From: Albugo candida
Taxonomy: Eukaryota
Length of the DNA: 64,000 bases
Direction: 5' to 3'
Assembly: GCA_040437565.1 (NCBI GenBank)
Contig: JBDOQK010000021.1
Location: forward strand, 62,001-126,000
Shown piece by piece: positions 50,207 to 63,286 of the stretch (position 1 is its first letter; every line of letters begins with the position of its first letter). Both the position numbers and the translations under genes were made by a program. The notes under the pieces are model-generated. The model was not told the DNA's origin, searched no databases, and worked only from the letters and a program-made list of their open reading frames with translations.

Positions 50207-50306
50207 NNNNNNNNNNNNNNNNNNNNNNNNNNNNNNNNNNNNNNNNNNNNNNNNNNNNNNNNNNNNNNNNNNNNNNNNNNNNNNNNNNNNNNNNNNNNNN
50301 NNNNNN

Positions 50307-50545
50307 CCCAGCTCAGTCGGTTAACCACTTGAGCGCACGGACCCCCTGCCGGAGGTCGTTAGTTCGATTCCCGGCAGTGTGGGCAGCGGTTTGAGCCCAC
50401 CCAAGCAATAAGCTTGGAAAATAGCTGCCTCCCTAAGTTTGAAGTCAGACTTAAAGTGATATTCACACGGTCAGGGACTCATGATAGGATAAGGAAGGTA
50501 GTTGAAAAACCCAGATAAACAGTGTAACGAAATCCTTGACAATCC
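50307..50545 (+). mobile_element. SINE family A copy 2 (3' end lost)
   Basis: CCCAGCTCAGTCGG...GTTCGATTCC...CCTTGACAA is colinear with the reverse complement of 49800-50030. Confidence 0.8.
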
Positions 50546-50549
50546 ATGG

Positions 50550-51394
50550 TGACATCGCTGAACTTTCAGTCAATCTCAGCTTTTTTCCAGAGGAACATAC
50601 AGCACTTCACCTCTCACAAGATGGTGAAACGAGGTTGATTTCTGGTCCACTTCAGCTTGAATGCTAAGGGTACCTCGATTATTTCAACGTGGAACAATAT
50701 CTCAGCACTCACGGTGAATGTCAATGGAATTCATAAAATGGTCATCTTTTTATCGACCACATCCTATCACAACACTCCATTTGTTGTGTTCAAGAAACCA
50801 NNNNNNNNNNNNNNNNNNNNNNNNNNNNNNNNNNNNNNNNNNNNNNNNNNNNNNNNNNNNNNNNNNNNNNNNNNNNNNNNNNNNNNNNNNNNNNNNNNNN
50901 TATCGACCGATCGCACTGCTTTGCGTCGATGTGAAAGTACTTTCAAAAGTGTTGGCGTATCGATTGCAACGTTTTTTTGCCAAAATTGATCCATCAAGAT
51001 CAAAAAGCATTCGTGCGAGGAAGGTCGATGCATCACCATAATCGACATCTGACCGATATCCAAGACTTGGTCACTCATCGTAGGGAGGAAGCATATGCGA
51101 CTTTTCTCGACTTTGAGAAAGCTTCTGATCGAGTCAATTGGACGTACATGTTTCGCGTTTTGGAAAAAATGGGCGTTGGAAAACGTTTCATCGACTGGGT
51201 TCGTCTTTTGTACAATAACACAAAGGCGTAGTTGATGATCAATGGAAATATCACACCGTCCATTACACCACAACGTGGAGTGAAACAAGGCGATCCTCTC
51301 TCAGCATTACTTTTTCTGATGACGATCGAACCTTTGGTAAATCTACTACGACAACATGAAGAACATGGCATTAGCTTGACGTTGAGCGATTTGA
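50550..51394 (+). mobile_element. L1/Tx1-type LINE fragment: APE endonuclease N-terminus and RT domain
   Basis: SALTVNVNGI...(CVQET) before the gap. After it: YRPIALLCVDVKVLSKVLA, LIHQDQKAFVRGR, FLDFEKASDRVNW and RGVKQGDPLSALLF. Contains a stop and a frameshift. Confidence 0.9.
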
Positions 51395-51599
51395 TTGGCT
51401 ATATGTGAGATTTTTTTGGTGTCCTCTGAATGGCTATCCTATTTTTGGGGTTCATTTTTGGGCCGGCCAAAATCATGCTGCTTGAGCCAAATCCCTCGAA
51501 ATCTCGGCTTTAAAAAATCCCATATCTTCGCCAAAAATAAACCAAACATAAATCTGCTCTGTAATCTTATAGCTTTGAAACTTTCTATCTCCTCTAACT

Positions 51600-52300
51600 T
51601 AAATGAGAACACCGTGTCGTTACACCACTCAGATATCCTCAATACATGGAAACCGATACCACCTCCCCCTAATTTCCTTAATTGAATGGAAACCGGTCTC
51701 GCCACACACCCTAAATTTCAAATATTCCTCGCTTCGCTCATGTGTCGCTCCTAACATATGTGATGCTGGAAGTTTGAAAGGACGTAGTTTTAGCGTCGAG
51801 AAATTAACCTCTCGATGCGTAAACAGCAATCTCATTGTACAGCCGTAAATATTTGCAGCGAAAAGTATCATTAGTACGAAAACAGAAAGTAGGAATAAAT
51901 GAAGGTTGGTGACCACGAGATAATTGAGATGGAGCTTTAATAGTTAGCAGGATATAATTTCTAAAAAAGGCGTGATAGGTATCAAGAAAATGAATCCAAA
52001 ATCAGAATGAGTGACGTAACCAAGCACACCAGTTCATGAGGTTGATTGCTGACTTGTATCGCAGCTAGACTTATTTTAATTTAAGGTATGTGGCGATACC
52101 GGTTCCACTTCAACTCAGAGGATTTAGAGGGTGGCGCTACCGTTTCCTAGTTTATTTTTAATTTTGGGGATTTAGCGAGTGTGACGATACCGATTCCCAT
52201 TTATTTCGTATATTTAGCGAGTTTAACGATACCGGTGTTCTGATTGAAGTTAGGGGCTGTGGCTATACCAAAGGTGTGTGTGGCTATACCGAATCCCTAT
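51600..52300. repeat. Inverted arrays of ~43-bp GAACCGGTATCG-type subterminal repeats (foldback/MULE-like ends)
   Basis: 51600-51725 is the inverted counterpart of 52070-52245. The same units occur at 13300-13380. Confidence 0.55.
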
Positions 52301-52418
52301 AATTATCTTGGGGAATCGTTATTCAACCCCGAACTTTTTTTTTATCAGCCCCTACCCTTCATAAATCAATTGAACTCGTGGCCTCTGATTGGTCTGAATA
52401 AATACGAGTTATAAATAA

Positions 52419-53173
52419 GGGAGCCCGCTAAACAGCCCCCAGCCTCCATAAATAAATAGATGGGTGGCCTCTGATTGGTTTAAACAAATATAACAGAGTG
52501 AATACAATAAAATTAGGAGAATCGTTATCCAGCCCCACCCTTCATAAATTTATGAAAACCGGGGCCTCTGATTGGTCTGAGTAGATGCAACGGACTTAAA
52601 TACAATAAAATCACACTTCAACTCATCAGACCCAACCTTCAGCAATGCATGCCGCCTTCGCTGCTTCGATGGAATACCTTGAGACAACTTGGATGGTTTA
52701 CAAGGAGCGTTTTTTGTGCTATCCTACACAATAGGCGTCATATGGGCATGTACTAACTTTTTACAATATTTGGGTGGAGAGCGTTCATGCTGCTCTCAAA
52801 AAATGGATCTCTGTGTCAACAGGTAATCTGTATTGTACGCTAATTGTGCTGGCAAAAGTTACATTTATCTGACAATTCATTTATTGTACGTCATCTACTC
52901 TCAGTGGATTCAGCAGTTCGCCTTGCTTACGATGGCCAGCTTGCTGCCATTGTGCAGCAAATGCAAACAGCACCAACAGCACCAGCAAAATCTGCAGCAG
53001 TAGATTTAGATATAGACCTAGCCAATCTTAATATTGTAAAACCGCTTCTTAGAACATATATTCAAAAAAGGGTACTCTTTTTAGCCAATCATAACTCGTA
53101 ATCATATATTAGAGTGCTATATTTAAGGGTGAGGGCTGGTTAGCGAAAACTGCGGGCTGGTTAGCGGGCCCTC
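52419..53173 (+). mobile_element. MULE internal-deletion derivative
   Basis: Ends GGGAGCCCGCTAAAC / GGTTAGCGGGCCCTC with 8-bp TSD ATAAATAA. Transposase remnants EYLETTWMVYKERF and VESVHAALKKWISVSTGNL. Confidence 0.7.
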
Positions 53174-53751
53174 ATAAATAAAATCAAAATCATGGAAATA
53201 GTTATTTAGCACCCATCCTCCACAAAATAATAGATTGCAAATTTTGCAAACAAAAAATGGATCTCGGTGTCAACAAGTAAGTTGTATTGTATGCTGATTG
53301 TGCTGGATGCTGTCATATTTATCTGAAAGTTCATTCATTGCAGGGGGTCTAATCTTAGTGGATTGAGCAGTTCACCTTGCATGCAAATGTCAGCTTGCTG
53401 TCTTTGTGAATCAAAGTACAAAGCAACGGACTATAGTATAAATGCAGCTTGGTTTCATGCTTCTAGAGGTGATGGGTAATAATTGTCTGCGCGCTGCTCA
53501 TAGTCAGTACCAGCAGCGGCTTAGTGATGACGGATATTCTCAAGATTTATAGACTGTTGCGATGTGCATGTAATTGCGATTACGTACAATTAACTGAAAT
53601 TAACTGCAGCTTCAAATTTACTTATAGGCTTGTTGACATACACAATGGGCTATCCTTGCGCCCATGTTTTTTGTCATTAAGTGGTACCTTCGTTTACCTT
53701 CGTCTGTTGATGATTTTGATCAGCATTGGTGACTGGTACACCAACAGCACC

Positions 53752-56700
53752 TGTTAGTTGCTGGCACTAGATCAGTTTCAAGTAAAGAAAAAAACTAAAT
53801 ATATTATGAGCTTATGATCTTCGAAATGCTCGCATGTTGGTTAGCATGTATTACTCAGTTACAACCATGAGGTGCTCCGCCGTTCTTAGGGTCACGTTCT
53901 TGATACATCATCAGTCGCGTCGTTTCCTTTCTACACTCCTTGCCGGGATGTAATTAGACCAGCGAGATTAGCGAGATCACCTCACGTAGCTCCGTCAATC
54001 GCAGCGCAGCGAATATCTTGTCGAGGAGCTTAGCTCGCATAAATCGCGACTCACAATACACCCCCTTTATCATCTTTTTCTTTTGGTAATCCTAGATGAA
54101 TTTGAGACGTACAGCGATGTCTTTTCTTTTTTTGCGCTATCTTCACCTTGTGTTTGCTCATTCGGAGATTAATTGTCGACATGCGTCAGCATCGGACTGG
54201 TCACGGGCACTCTGATTTGTCTTGTTCAGTCCTATCAAGTCACGCGATGCAGCTACAAACTCGGCCTCCATTGTAAATAACGTCACGCTTACTTGTTTTC
54301 AACACGTCCAACCGACAGCCATACGAATTCAGCATATAACCTTTCCACTTACAGATTTTTGTTCCGCGTGACCTGCCGCGTAATCTGCGTCGCTGTAGCC
54401 TTCGAGAACTATTTTTTGTGAGCTATCGTCTCCATTGTTCCTATTGATTCAAACTTCCGGTCGATGGTCCCCTTTAAGTAGCGAACAATTCTCTTCCCCA
54501 CCGCCGATCTCGAACCCTCGGTGCATGCGCTCGACTGCTGGAACGGTGCACAGCGAATGCAATCTTCGGTCTTGTACATTGAGACAACCACAGTGGGCTT
54601 CCAGAATAATTGAAACATCTTCACAGTCAGTCGTTCTGGTGTACCATCAGCTGGTAGTAAATTGCCGTCGTTTTCTCCGTCTTTTTCTTCAATAAAAGAC
54701 TTACGTGCAGAATTAGCTTGCTCCAGGCATAGTCAAGTAAGCAATACGCGGAGGAGATGCGTTTGATCCAGCAGATACCCAGTATTCTTGGCATAAGCTA
54801 CACCAATGCCCAGAACCTTAGTCACTTCACCGGGATCCTTTACCTCAAGGCACTTCATGTCACTGAAGAATTGTTTACGTCCCAGACCCTATTAGCAGTT
54901 ACCGAAAGCTCGTCCACATAGACGACCACCGGCGTGATCGTTGATGCATCAACTTTCGATTATCAGAAACTGTCAGTGTAGCACTGCACGAATCCAACTT
55001 GAAAAGTGTGTCATGCAGCAGCTCTGCCAACAACCGTCCAGCCTGCTTCAGCGTATACAGGATTTCTCGAAGCTTCAGCGCCACTATGCTCTTATCACTT
55101 GGGCCTAAGGTCTTCAATTTGTCCTCTTCTAACTCAATTCCCTGCGGCATGTGAAGCGCGATCTCGAAGCCTTCATCTATATCTGCTTTAACGTAAGCAT
55201 TAGAAACATCACCGTGTCGATCCGGCACCCCCCCCCATAATCTCACCAATGCCAGCACTATCTTTGCTGTCATTATTTCTATTACGGCACTGAAATTCAT
55301 GGTGTAATTCAGCCATATTTCTGCTCGTTTCCGTATGCCAGGAGTCTCGCCTTGAATCGCTCCAACGTCCTATCCGCGTGCCCTTTAGTCGTAAAACCCT
55401 TTTGGAACGCAGCAGCTTCTGTCCAGAACTTCGGAGTGTTACTTCCCACGTTCCGTTTGATTAGAGTGATTCAATTTCGAAGCGCATCGCTTCGCGCCAT
55501 ATAGCAGTATATTTAGTGCGTACCTCTTCCTTGTATTTCTTAGGATCTCTTACCAAGTAGACCATTTCAACTGGTGCATGCTTGAGCCAATGTGCCGAGT
55601 GGTCATACGCATTTCATTCGAGTATCCTGGGTGAAAATTGGCCTTCCCCACCAGATGTGTTTTCTTGACATTCTACACTTTTCCGCATGCAACGCGCTTG
55701 GACGATCTCTTCGAAGTCCCTATAGTTTCCTTCCGCTTCGAAGCCGTATCTTTCTTATGCAGAGCGTAGCTATTTCTCTAATTTTCGGATTCCTTCAATT
55801 TCCATGGTCTCACATTTCTTATATGCTGAGTCGTTATGACCAATTGTTCACGGGGTAGATATACCTTAAACCCTTCGGTCTGGTCGTATGCCTCCCCACG
55901 ATTATTCCGACCTCGGCGCGCGGTATCCACGATTTCTTTCCTGGATCGCGATGAGCCGTGCACGATCTTCCAAGCACCACGATATCAGCAATACTGGGAT
56001 TCTTACCATTAAGGACTTCGATTGGAAAGGTCCGATTCAAATTGGCGTTGCTTGGGCTGCGGTTCAGAACGTAGGTTGCGTATTGCACTGCACCGCTCCA
56101 GAAGTGCAACAGTATGCCACTGGCAGATATCATGCATTCCACCATATTGATCACTATACAACACGTTTATGAGATGAGACTACGTATCATGATCCCAATC
56201 TTTCTGTCTACAGAGATCCGAAGATATAGACGGAAGCGTTACCGTTCAGTCCTGTTCATGCATTCTGCCTTATTATTTGGATGGTGGATTGCCAGCTTCA
56301 CTTACTTGTTTGTTCACCCAATCGTCTTGCAGAACATGTCAACATTCCGATATTCACCACTGCCGTACGTTCTGAGAATGTGCATCTTGCGATCAAACGT
56401 GCGCTCGAAAAAAAGCCAGAAGTTGTTCAAACATTTTCGCAGCCAGATTCTTCTTTCACGCAACAAATATTCTGCAGTAGTTGGACCAATGATCGACAAA
56501 GTTGATCATATATCGGTTACCTCATCGAACCGTTGGAGCCATGGGCCCCTTAGGTCACTGCAGATGACTCCTCCAATCCGATCAATCGGTATGCGACCCC
56601 GCTATTCTTCTTGATTGTGCATGCTTAGATTGTTTACCTTGAGCGCAGGTAATGCAGATTGGGCGGTCAGTTCAACGACCAAGTTTCCACTGTCTGACAT

Positions 56701-58493
56701 CTTTTCAACCACTATCGGCAGCGAGCAGGGCTCCATAAACTGCTTCGTTACTACTCGGTGCATCCTTTCCACTCTGTGTATACACGCCTTAAAGCTCGAT
56801 ATTCTCCTTTTCAACCCCAAACACTCGTGCTCTATCACTAGTACGACTCAACTAGCGACGCCCGTCTTCGTAGCTCAGCGCAACACCTTTTTTTCGCGTT
56901 TACTGTACGATAGCGTATTGTGGCTGAGGTCGTTTGCATAGTAGACGTCGCTTAATGGGATCAAGTGCAGGACATTGTCCACAAAGGCTCGCAACGATAC
57001 TGGACCCAGCTTTGTGACCTTGATAGATTGATTATCAGCGACATTACCTTGTCAAAGCAATCAGCCGAATCTATCAGCATGCTGACATTCATCACCAGAT
57101 GCCTGCTAGCGCCACTACCGAGAATCCAGATCTGCTCTCTAACATGTATGGTGGTGCCAATACTTAAAGCAAATGAACCTGAATACCACCGGATTTTTTC
57201 TTGAATTCTTTCTTGGTATGCACGAGCTGATTGGCACCCCCTGCATTGTCTTCCATAGTCGGAACTTGATGCCTCTTCCGTAACATTAACACTGCGAACA
57301 TTTATTCATCCTTAAATGGGTTGTCGCCCTCCACTAACCACAAGTGAATCTACATCGTGATCAAACGTACTGGTGAAGTCCCCCATTTTTCATGCCGGCT
57401 TGATGTAGTCAGTGCGACGACGATCGAGTCACGTTTGCATGGCTCGTTTGACCTCCGGAGTGGCCCCTTCACATATGTACTGGAGCACAAATCGATCCGG
57501 GCAGCTCGCCAAGCTTTCTGTGGTGACCACGTACTGATACTGCTCCATACAAGACCGATCATTTGGCTTACGAGCCGGCATGAATCCTTTAGTTTGCTTC
57601 ACAGCGATTTCTCCATTGACACCTCTACCATCTTGTTCCTTTCGTGTTCAACTGTATGCTCTTCTGATGACCAGACTCCTTTCATCTTGTGGAAATGCTT
57701 TGTAGCACGTCGATCCAGATAACGCCTAAGTGTCCTCCTCTTGTATTCTTTAGGCCATTCAACTCCACTCAAGCGCTGGGCTACGCCTATCTCTTTCAGC
57801 AACTGCATTGCGTATTCCTGAACCCTGCTTCAAATCTTTTGTATTCTTCGTTCCCAGCAAAGCGCTCGACAGACAACTTCATATCGTTGACGGTCGGCAT
57901 CTTGACCCCAAAGTCTTCTGGCGGGTAGATCTTCTGCCTCGGCTGGGCCTAAGCTTGCGCCGTGGGGAAATATTGCTGTTGATACTACTGCATACCAAAC
58001 CGCACATGAACACCCATTGTTTCACTGAGCGAGTCCGCCCCGGTACGAATTCGTGAGGCAGACAATAATTGGCTAGATACACTCGATCCATTCCTCATAC
58101 GGGTATGAAGATCTGCAGAAGGCAGAAGAGCACGCTCCACGCGTTCCCAAGTCAAGTACGGCATCAAATTACCAATGAGTTTTTCTTACTTCTATCCAGA
58201 CAATCTGCACCATTCTCGGAGCTCCCGCGTTCTTTCTCTTGAGAGATGTTCACGCTGTCGCTTTTCGTCTGATATGGGCCAAGAGTACCGGGGGAGCTGC
58301 TGGAGAGTCTGACAGGGCCTTGGGTCCATAACCTGTTAGTTGCTGGTACTAGCTCAGAATCAATTGAATAAAAACTAAATATAAATCCAGCTAATGCTCT
58401 TAGAGTTGCTTCGCATGTCCTTTACGATAGATCAGTCGTGTGCAGCCATGAGGTGCTCCGCATTTCTTAGTATCGCGTCGTGTCCTTCCAGTA
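53752..58493 (-). mobile_element. Ty1/Copia LTR retrotransposon, full length, decayed
   Basis: LTRs at 58334-58493 and 53752-53935, 5-bp TSD GCACC, PBS GGTTATGGACCCA (58321-58333, minus). Integrase LRTYGSGEY and FWSGAVQYATYVLNRSP; RT HGDVSNAYVKA and LYTLKQAGRL. Confidence 0.9.
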
Positions 58494-58814
58494 GCACCAA
58501 TAACACCTGCAGTAGATTTAGATATAGACGTAGTACAAATTTGCAAAAAAACGATGTTTTTTTATGGTTTTTATTTTATATATTTCGCTGCGTTTATTCA
58601 GACCAACTAGAGGCCACTGTTGCCTTTAAATTATGGACGGTGGAGGCCGAATAACGATTCCCGTGATTTGATTATATTTTATTAATTCTGTTGCATTTTT
58701 TAGACCAACCGGAGACCATGATTTTCAATTGATCTATTGATTTACGGAGGTCAAGGCTTATTAAAGAAAAGTTGGGGGCTGAATAACGGTTCCCTTATCT
58801 TGGTGTATATTCTT

Positions 58815-60836
58815 GGGATCCGCTAACGACCCATCACCCCCATAATTCCAGCCAATCACAAACCTCCAGTGGCTTTCCAGGGGAGTCGGGATACAGTATT
58901 TTTTTCGAATACAAAATAGCTCACCTTTGCCAAGTTCATAGCTGCCATCTTCTTGCCATCTTCTTTCCAACTTCCGATCTCCACTCATATCAGTCTTTGT
59001 CATCCTTATCATATCAACGATGAACCCCCTTGACCTTGAATCTCTTGCTGACCATGTATTTGGTACCTTGAAGGAAGCCCGTGATGCGGTTAACAAGTTG
59101 TTCCAAGATGAAGGGTATATAATGACCATCTTGCGCACCAGACACGTTGGGAACAAACCCTCTGGAGAAGTCAAAGGACTTGACCTAGCTCGTGCAGTGG
59201 AAGACTACGGACCACTTCTTCAAAACAACAACAGCGTCAACGCATACGAGGAAGTCGCGCTACCGCTTGCAAGTTTAGCTTGTTAATTCGACGGCGTGCA
59301 GAACTTGAATGGCTGGTAGAGCTTGGCATGCCTAACCACAACCATGAAGCTTTTGTGGACCCTAAGGTTCATCCACAAGGTCGCGCACTTACAAATGAAC
59401 AGCGCGCTCTGGTTCTTGGTATTATCCTTGATGGTCTCCCACCTGTCCGCATTGTGGCAAGCATGTGGAGGCAAAATGTCATTGTCACACCCCGTGACAT
59501 TTACAACATCAAGCAAGCCGAGCGACGGCGTGTTTTGGGTGGACGCTCATCACTTGCTGCCCTACTTGACAGCCTGGATGCGAATGCCTCCACTCCATAC
59601 TTCACCTAGCTTGATGATGAGCGCAAGCTTCCTCACCTGCTTATTGTTTCTGCATCTGCAAAAGAAATCGGTATCAAATACAGCGACAACAAGATCTGGC
59701 TCATTGACTCAACGTACAAGACCAATCGCTTTGGTCTACCGCTTGCACATGTTGTTGGAGTTACCGCTACTGGCCAAAGCTTCACATTTGCATACTGCTT
59801 CATGTCAGCAGAAGGCGAGGACAATTACCTTTGGGCCGTGCGCCTCATCCGTGAGGTTTACAACCGGTTCTCTCTGCCAACATATACTACGTTTGTCACT
59901 GATCGCGAGGTGGCGCTGATGAATGCACTAGAGAGAGTCTTCCCAGATGCAAATTTTTTTCCGTGTCGCTGGCACATCAGCAAGAATATTCTGAGCAAGC
60001 AGCGAAAAACCTTTGCATCAATGGAAGCTTTCCAGAAGCTTAACCAAGCATGGAATCTACTTGTCTCGTCAAAAACTGCAGAGAACTACNNNNNNNNNNN
60101 NNNNNNNNNNNNNNNNNNNNNNNNNNNNNNNNNNNNNNNNNNNNNNNNNNNNNNNNNNNNNNNNNNNNNNNNNNNNNNNNNNNNNNNNNAACGCAGATCT
60201 GTAGAGAATTCGTAATGAATTCAATGAAGCATCACAATTCCCCCGCCGGATGATTGGTGATCACCTTGCAACACTACCTGATGCCACAGTACTCAACCCT
60301 GTTGTAATCCGAGCTCGTGTCCGACCTGCTAGTTCGCTAAACAGGAGGATCCCTACATCATCCACGCAGAGGAACCCCTCACAGTTTGAACATGTTGAAG
60401 CATCTAAAAGCGACAAAGAAAATGCGGAAACGTCGCCAGATTGGCCACAATCAAAGGAGTTGCCAGAATCGAATAGTATCACCTGCATCGGCAGCACTAA
60501 CAGCAGCAGCACTAACAGCAGCAGCACTACCAGCAGCTGGCAATCTTTCAGCGCTTGGCGCTGCTGACGAGTGGAAGTACCCAGGCTGGCCCACAGATGC
60601 CTGGGATCACATCTGAGTCCATGGAATTATATCTCTTTCGGAAATCTACTATATATCTATCTAGAATAGGCTTAAATTTCATCAATCCACGTTGCAAAGC
60701 AACGTGAAGAATAACACCAATTTTAAAAGATGAATTATTCTGTATTAAAAAGTACTGTATCGCGACTCTCCTGGAAAGCCACTGGAGGTCTGTGATTGGC
60801 TGGAATTATGGGGGTGATGGGTCGTTAGCGGATCCC
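58815..60836 (+). mobile_element. Mutator-like (MULE/FAR1-type) DNA transposon with disrupted transposase
   Basis: ~90-bp TIRs GGGATCCGCTAACGACCCATCACCCCCATAATTCCAGCCAATCAC and flanks atattctt/atattttt. Transposase motifs HNHE, IDSTYKTNRFGLPL, FVTDREVALMNALERVFP and CRWHISKNI. Internal stop at 59607, frameshifts and a gap. Confidence 0.92.
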
Positions 60837-61664
60837 ATATTTTTATGGCACTATAATAGGAATTAGTGACGATACCTGTGAGAGATGATTATGGGTCTGT
60901 ATTACGGTAGCTTAAGCCAGCACAATACTAGACTGCGTCTGGGCGTTTTACCTGATGAAACTATCCAAAAGTACCGTCTTTTCCAAACTAGTGTCCACCA
61001 CAATTAGGCTAAACGTATTTCTCCAACAAAGAGTAGGATCTGGGTTGCACTTGCATTTCTACAAGACGGAACCGGCAAGCACCTGACGAAGATATTAACT
61101 CCACCGAGCGATCCTAAGCAGCCAACATGTTCTATAATTTCTCCATAATTCATTATAAAGTACGTACCTTGATCAAATACCAACCATAGAACCGCACCAC
61201 GCTACTTATCCCAATCTAGGACGCCTCGACTGGCATCTCCGAACTTACCGCACGTGTTATTATCAGCTCGTAGAACCCACTCGTCCCATCTTTTGATACC
61301 ACCACGTAATAGGATCCAGGCAATCAGTTAAGCATGGTCAATAAATCAAAATGAAGTATTTTGCTTGGTTTGCTTACTCGTATCCTCCAACTCTATACAT
61401 CGCAACTCCTCCATCTCAAGCCCCCAACTCCTCAATCTCCGCCTCTAACGTCTCTTCATAAGGTCTTGGATACAGTTCTTCATTATTCACCAAGCAATAC
61501 AAGGTGCAATCTGTAACCACCGTATTAAACACCACCGCGATAAAACGCAAAATTTCGTCGTGGCTTACAGAGCGCACTACAGACAATGAAGACGAACGGA
61601 TTGAGAATGATAAATCAATTGTATCAAAATTAGCCAATGTTGTTCTTTCTACGTCTTGACGGTG

Positions 61665-62382
61665 AGTAGATGGAACCTTGAAAACGATAAAAAATTTGGA
61701 GCTTGTGATCCCTACAAATCACATCGAAAGCTTGGATTGGGAGCTTCGTGGCTGTATAGAGAAAAGAAAATGTATCAACAAAAGAGATTTAAAACCTCAT
61801 GTCGGAACTATCCTCAATGAGATTGAAAGTGGGAGCTTATGTATCCGAAAAGATCTTCTCGTGTATGTGGACATCGGCTCACAATCAGAACTCTTTGGGT
61901 ATGATCCGTTCTGTCTCACACTCAGACATTGTACCGATTTGGAACTGATAATACAGCGAACGAAAATAGTTTTNNNNNNNNNNNNNNNNNNNNNNNNNNN
62001 NNNNNNNNNNNNNNNNNNNNNNNNNNNNNNNNNNNNNNNNNNNNNNNNNNNNNNNNNNNNNNNNNNNNNNNNNGAGTAGATGGAACCTTGAAAACGATAA
62101 AAAATTTGGAGCTTGTGATCCCTACAAATCACATCGAAAGCTTGGATTGGGAGCTTCGTGGCTGTATAGAGAAAAGAAAATGTATCAACAAAAGAGATTT
62201 AAAACCTCATGTCGGAACTATCCTCAATGAGATTGAAAGTGGGAGCTTATGTATCCGAAAAGATCTTCTCGTGTATGTGGACATCGGCTCACAATCAGAA
62301 CTCTTTGGGTATGATCCGTTCTGTCTCACACTCAGACATTGTACCGATTTGGAACTGATAATACAGCGAACGAAAATAGTTT
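61665..62382. repeat. Gap-flanking duplication (61665-61973 vs 62074-62382)
   Basis: Apparently identical sequence on both sides of the N gap. Confidence 0.85.
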
Positions 62383-63286
62383 TATTGCTGAGTCGCATCA
62401 AAAATTAAAGAAGAGCAGTGATACTAGTACACATCCGATACGACTGCCAGCTGTACTTCGAATTCTTGTGCTCAAGCAGCTCACTAACGATGAGAAGATA
62501 GCATCCAATCATAGACACGAATGCAACCTGAAGGCACCGTGCATCCAAAGCGATGGAAAATCACCACGTGTTCGATGAGACGGTGACGAGACCTTTTAAG
62601 TACTATCGAATATGATGGAGCGCAAATTTCTGATGCCGGGTCTATTCCCCGACCAAGGGCAAAGTTTCATTTACGATGCCTTCACCCAGTTTCCACATCT
62701 CTTCCGTTTCACTATCACACGGACCAGCGACGTCAAGCAGTCACAAACTATCATCACCTAAGTTTTGTCCCTTGTTGCTCAGCAACGAAGGACGCAGTGA
62801 TCGTCATTAATTCACTTTGGGGTTCAAACTCAGTTACACGCAGAATCCATTCGATGGGATTGATATGATCATCAACAAAATTGGCAAGGATCTTCGCAAT
62901 GGAGTCCATCTCGCTCAAGTATCGGAAGCCCTCACTAGCCTACATTGATCCAAAGAGAAGAAATTATCCGAATATCTTCGCCTCTCAAAGTATCTCCAGG
63001 CTACAAAAGTTACACAATGCCAAATATCTGTTTCTGTCTATAAAATTATCGAATTTACGAACTCACAGAATTGGAACACAGGCGGACCTTATTGCTCCCA
63101 TCCGCACAAAGGAAAAATACGGGGAAAAAACGCCTCGTCAAAAATCTGGCGGATGGATCTAATCAGCAACGGACTAAATTAAGCGATAAACTGGAGAGGA
63201 AATCAATGAGCAGTTTGATGTGAAGCACTTTTATTGTCGAGGTGTTCAAGCGTACTTCAAGATGTATATCACATGAATGATGGGAA

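Noticed and set aside
60900-63200. Coding-looking fragments on both strands
   Set aside because: Many stops, no recognisable domain and partly duplicated across a gap, so no call can be supported.
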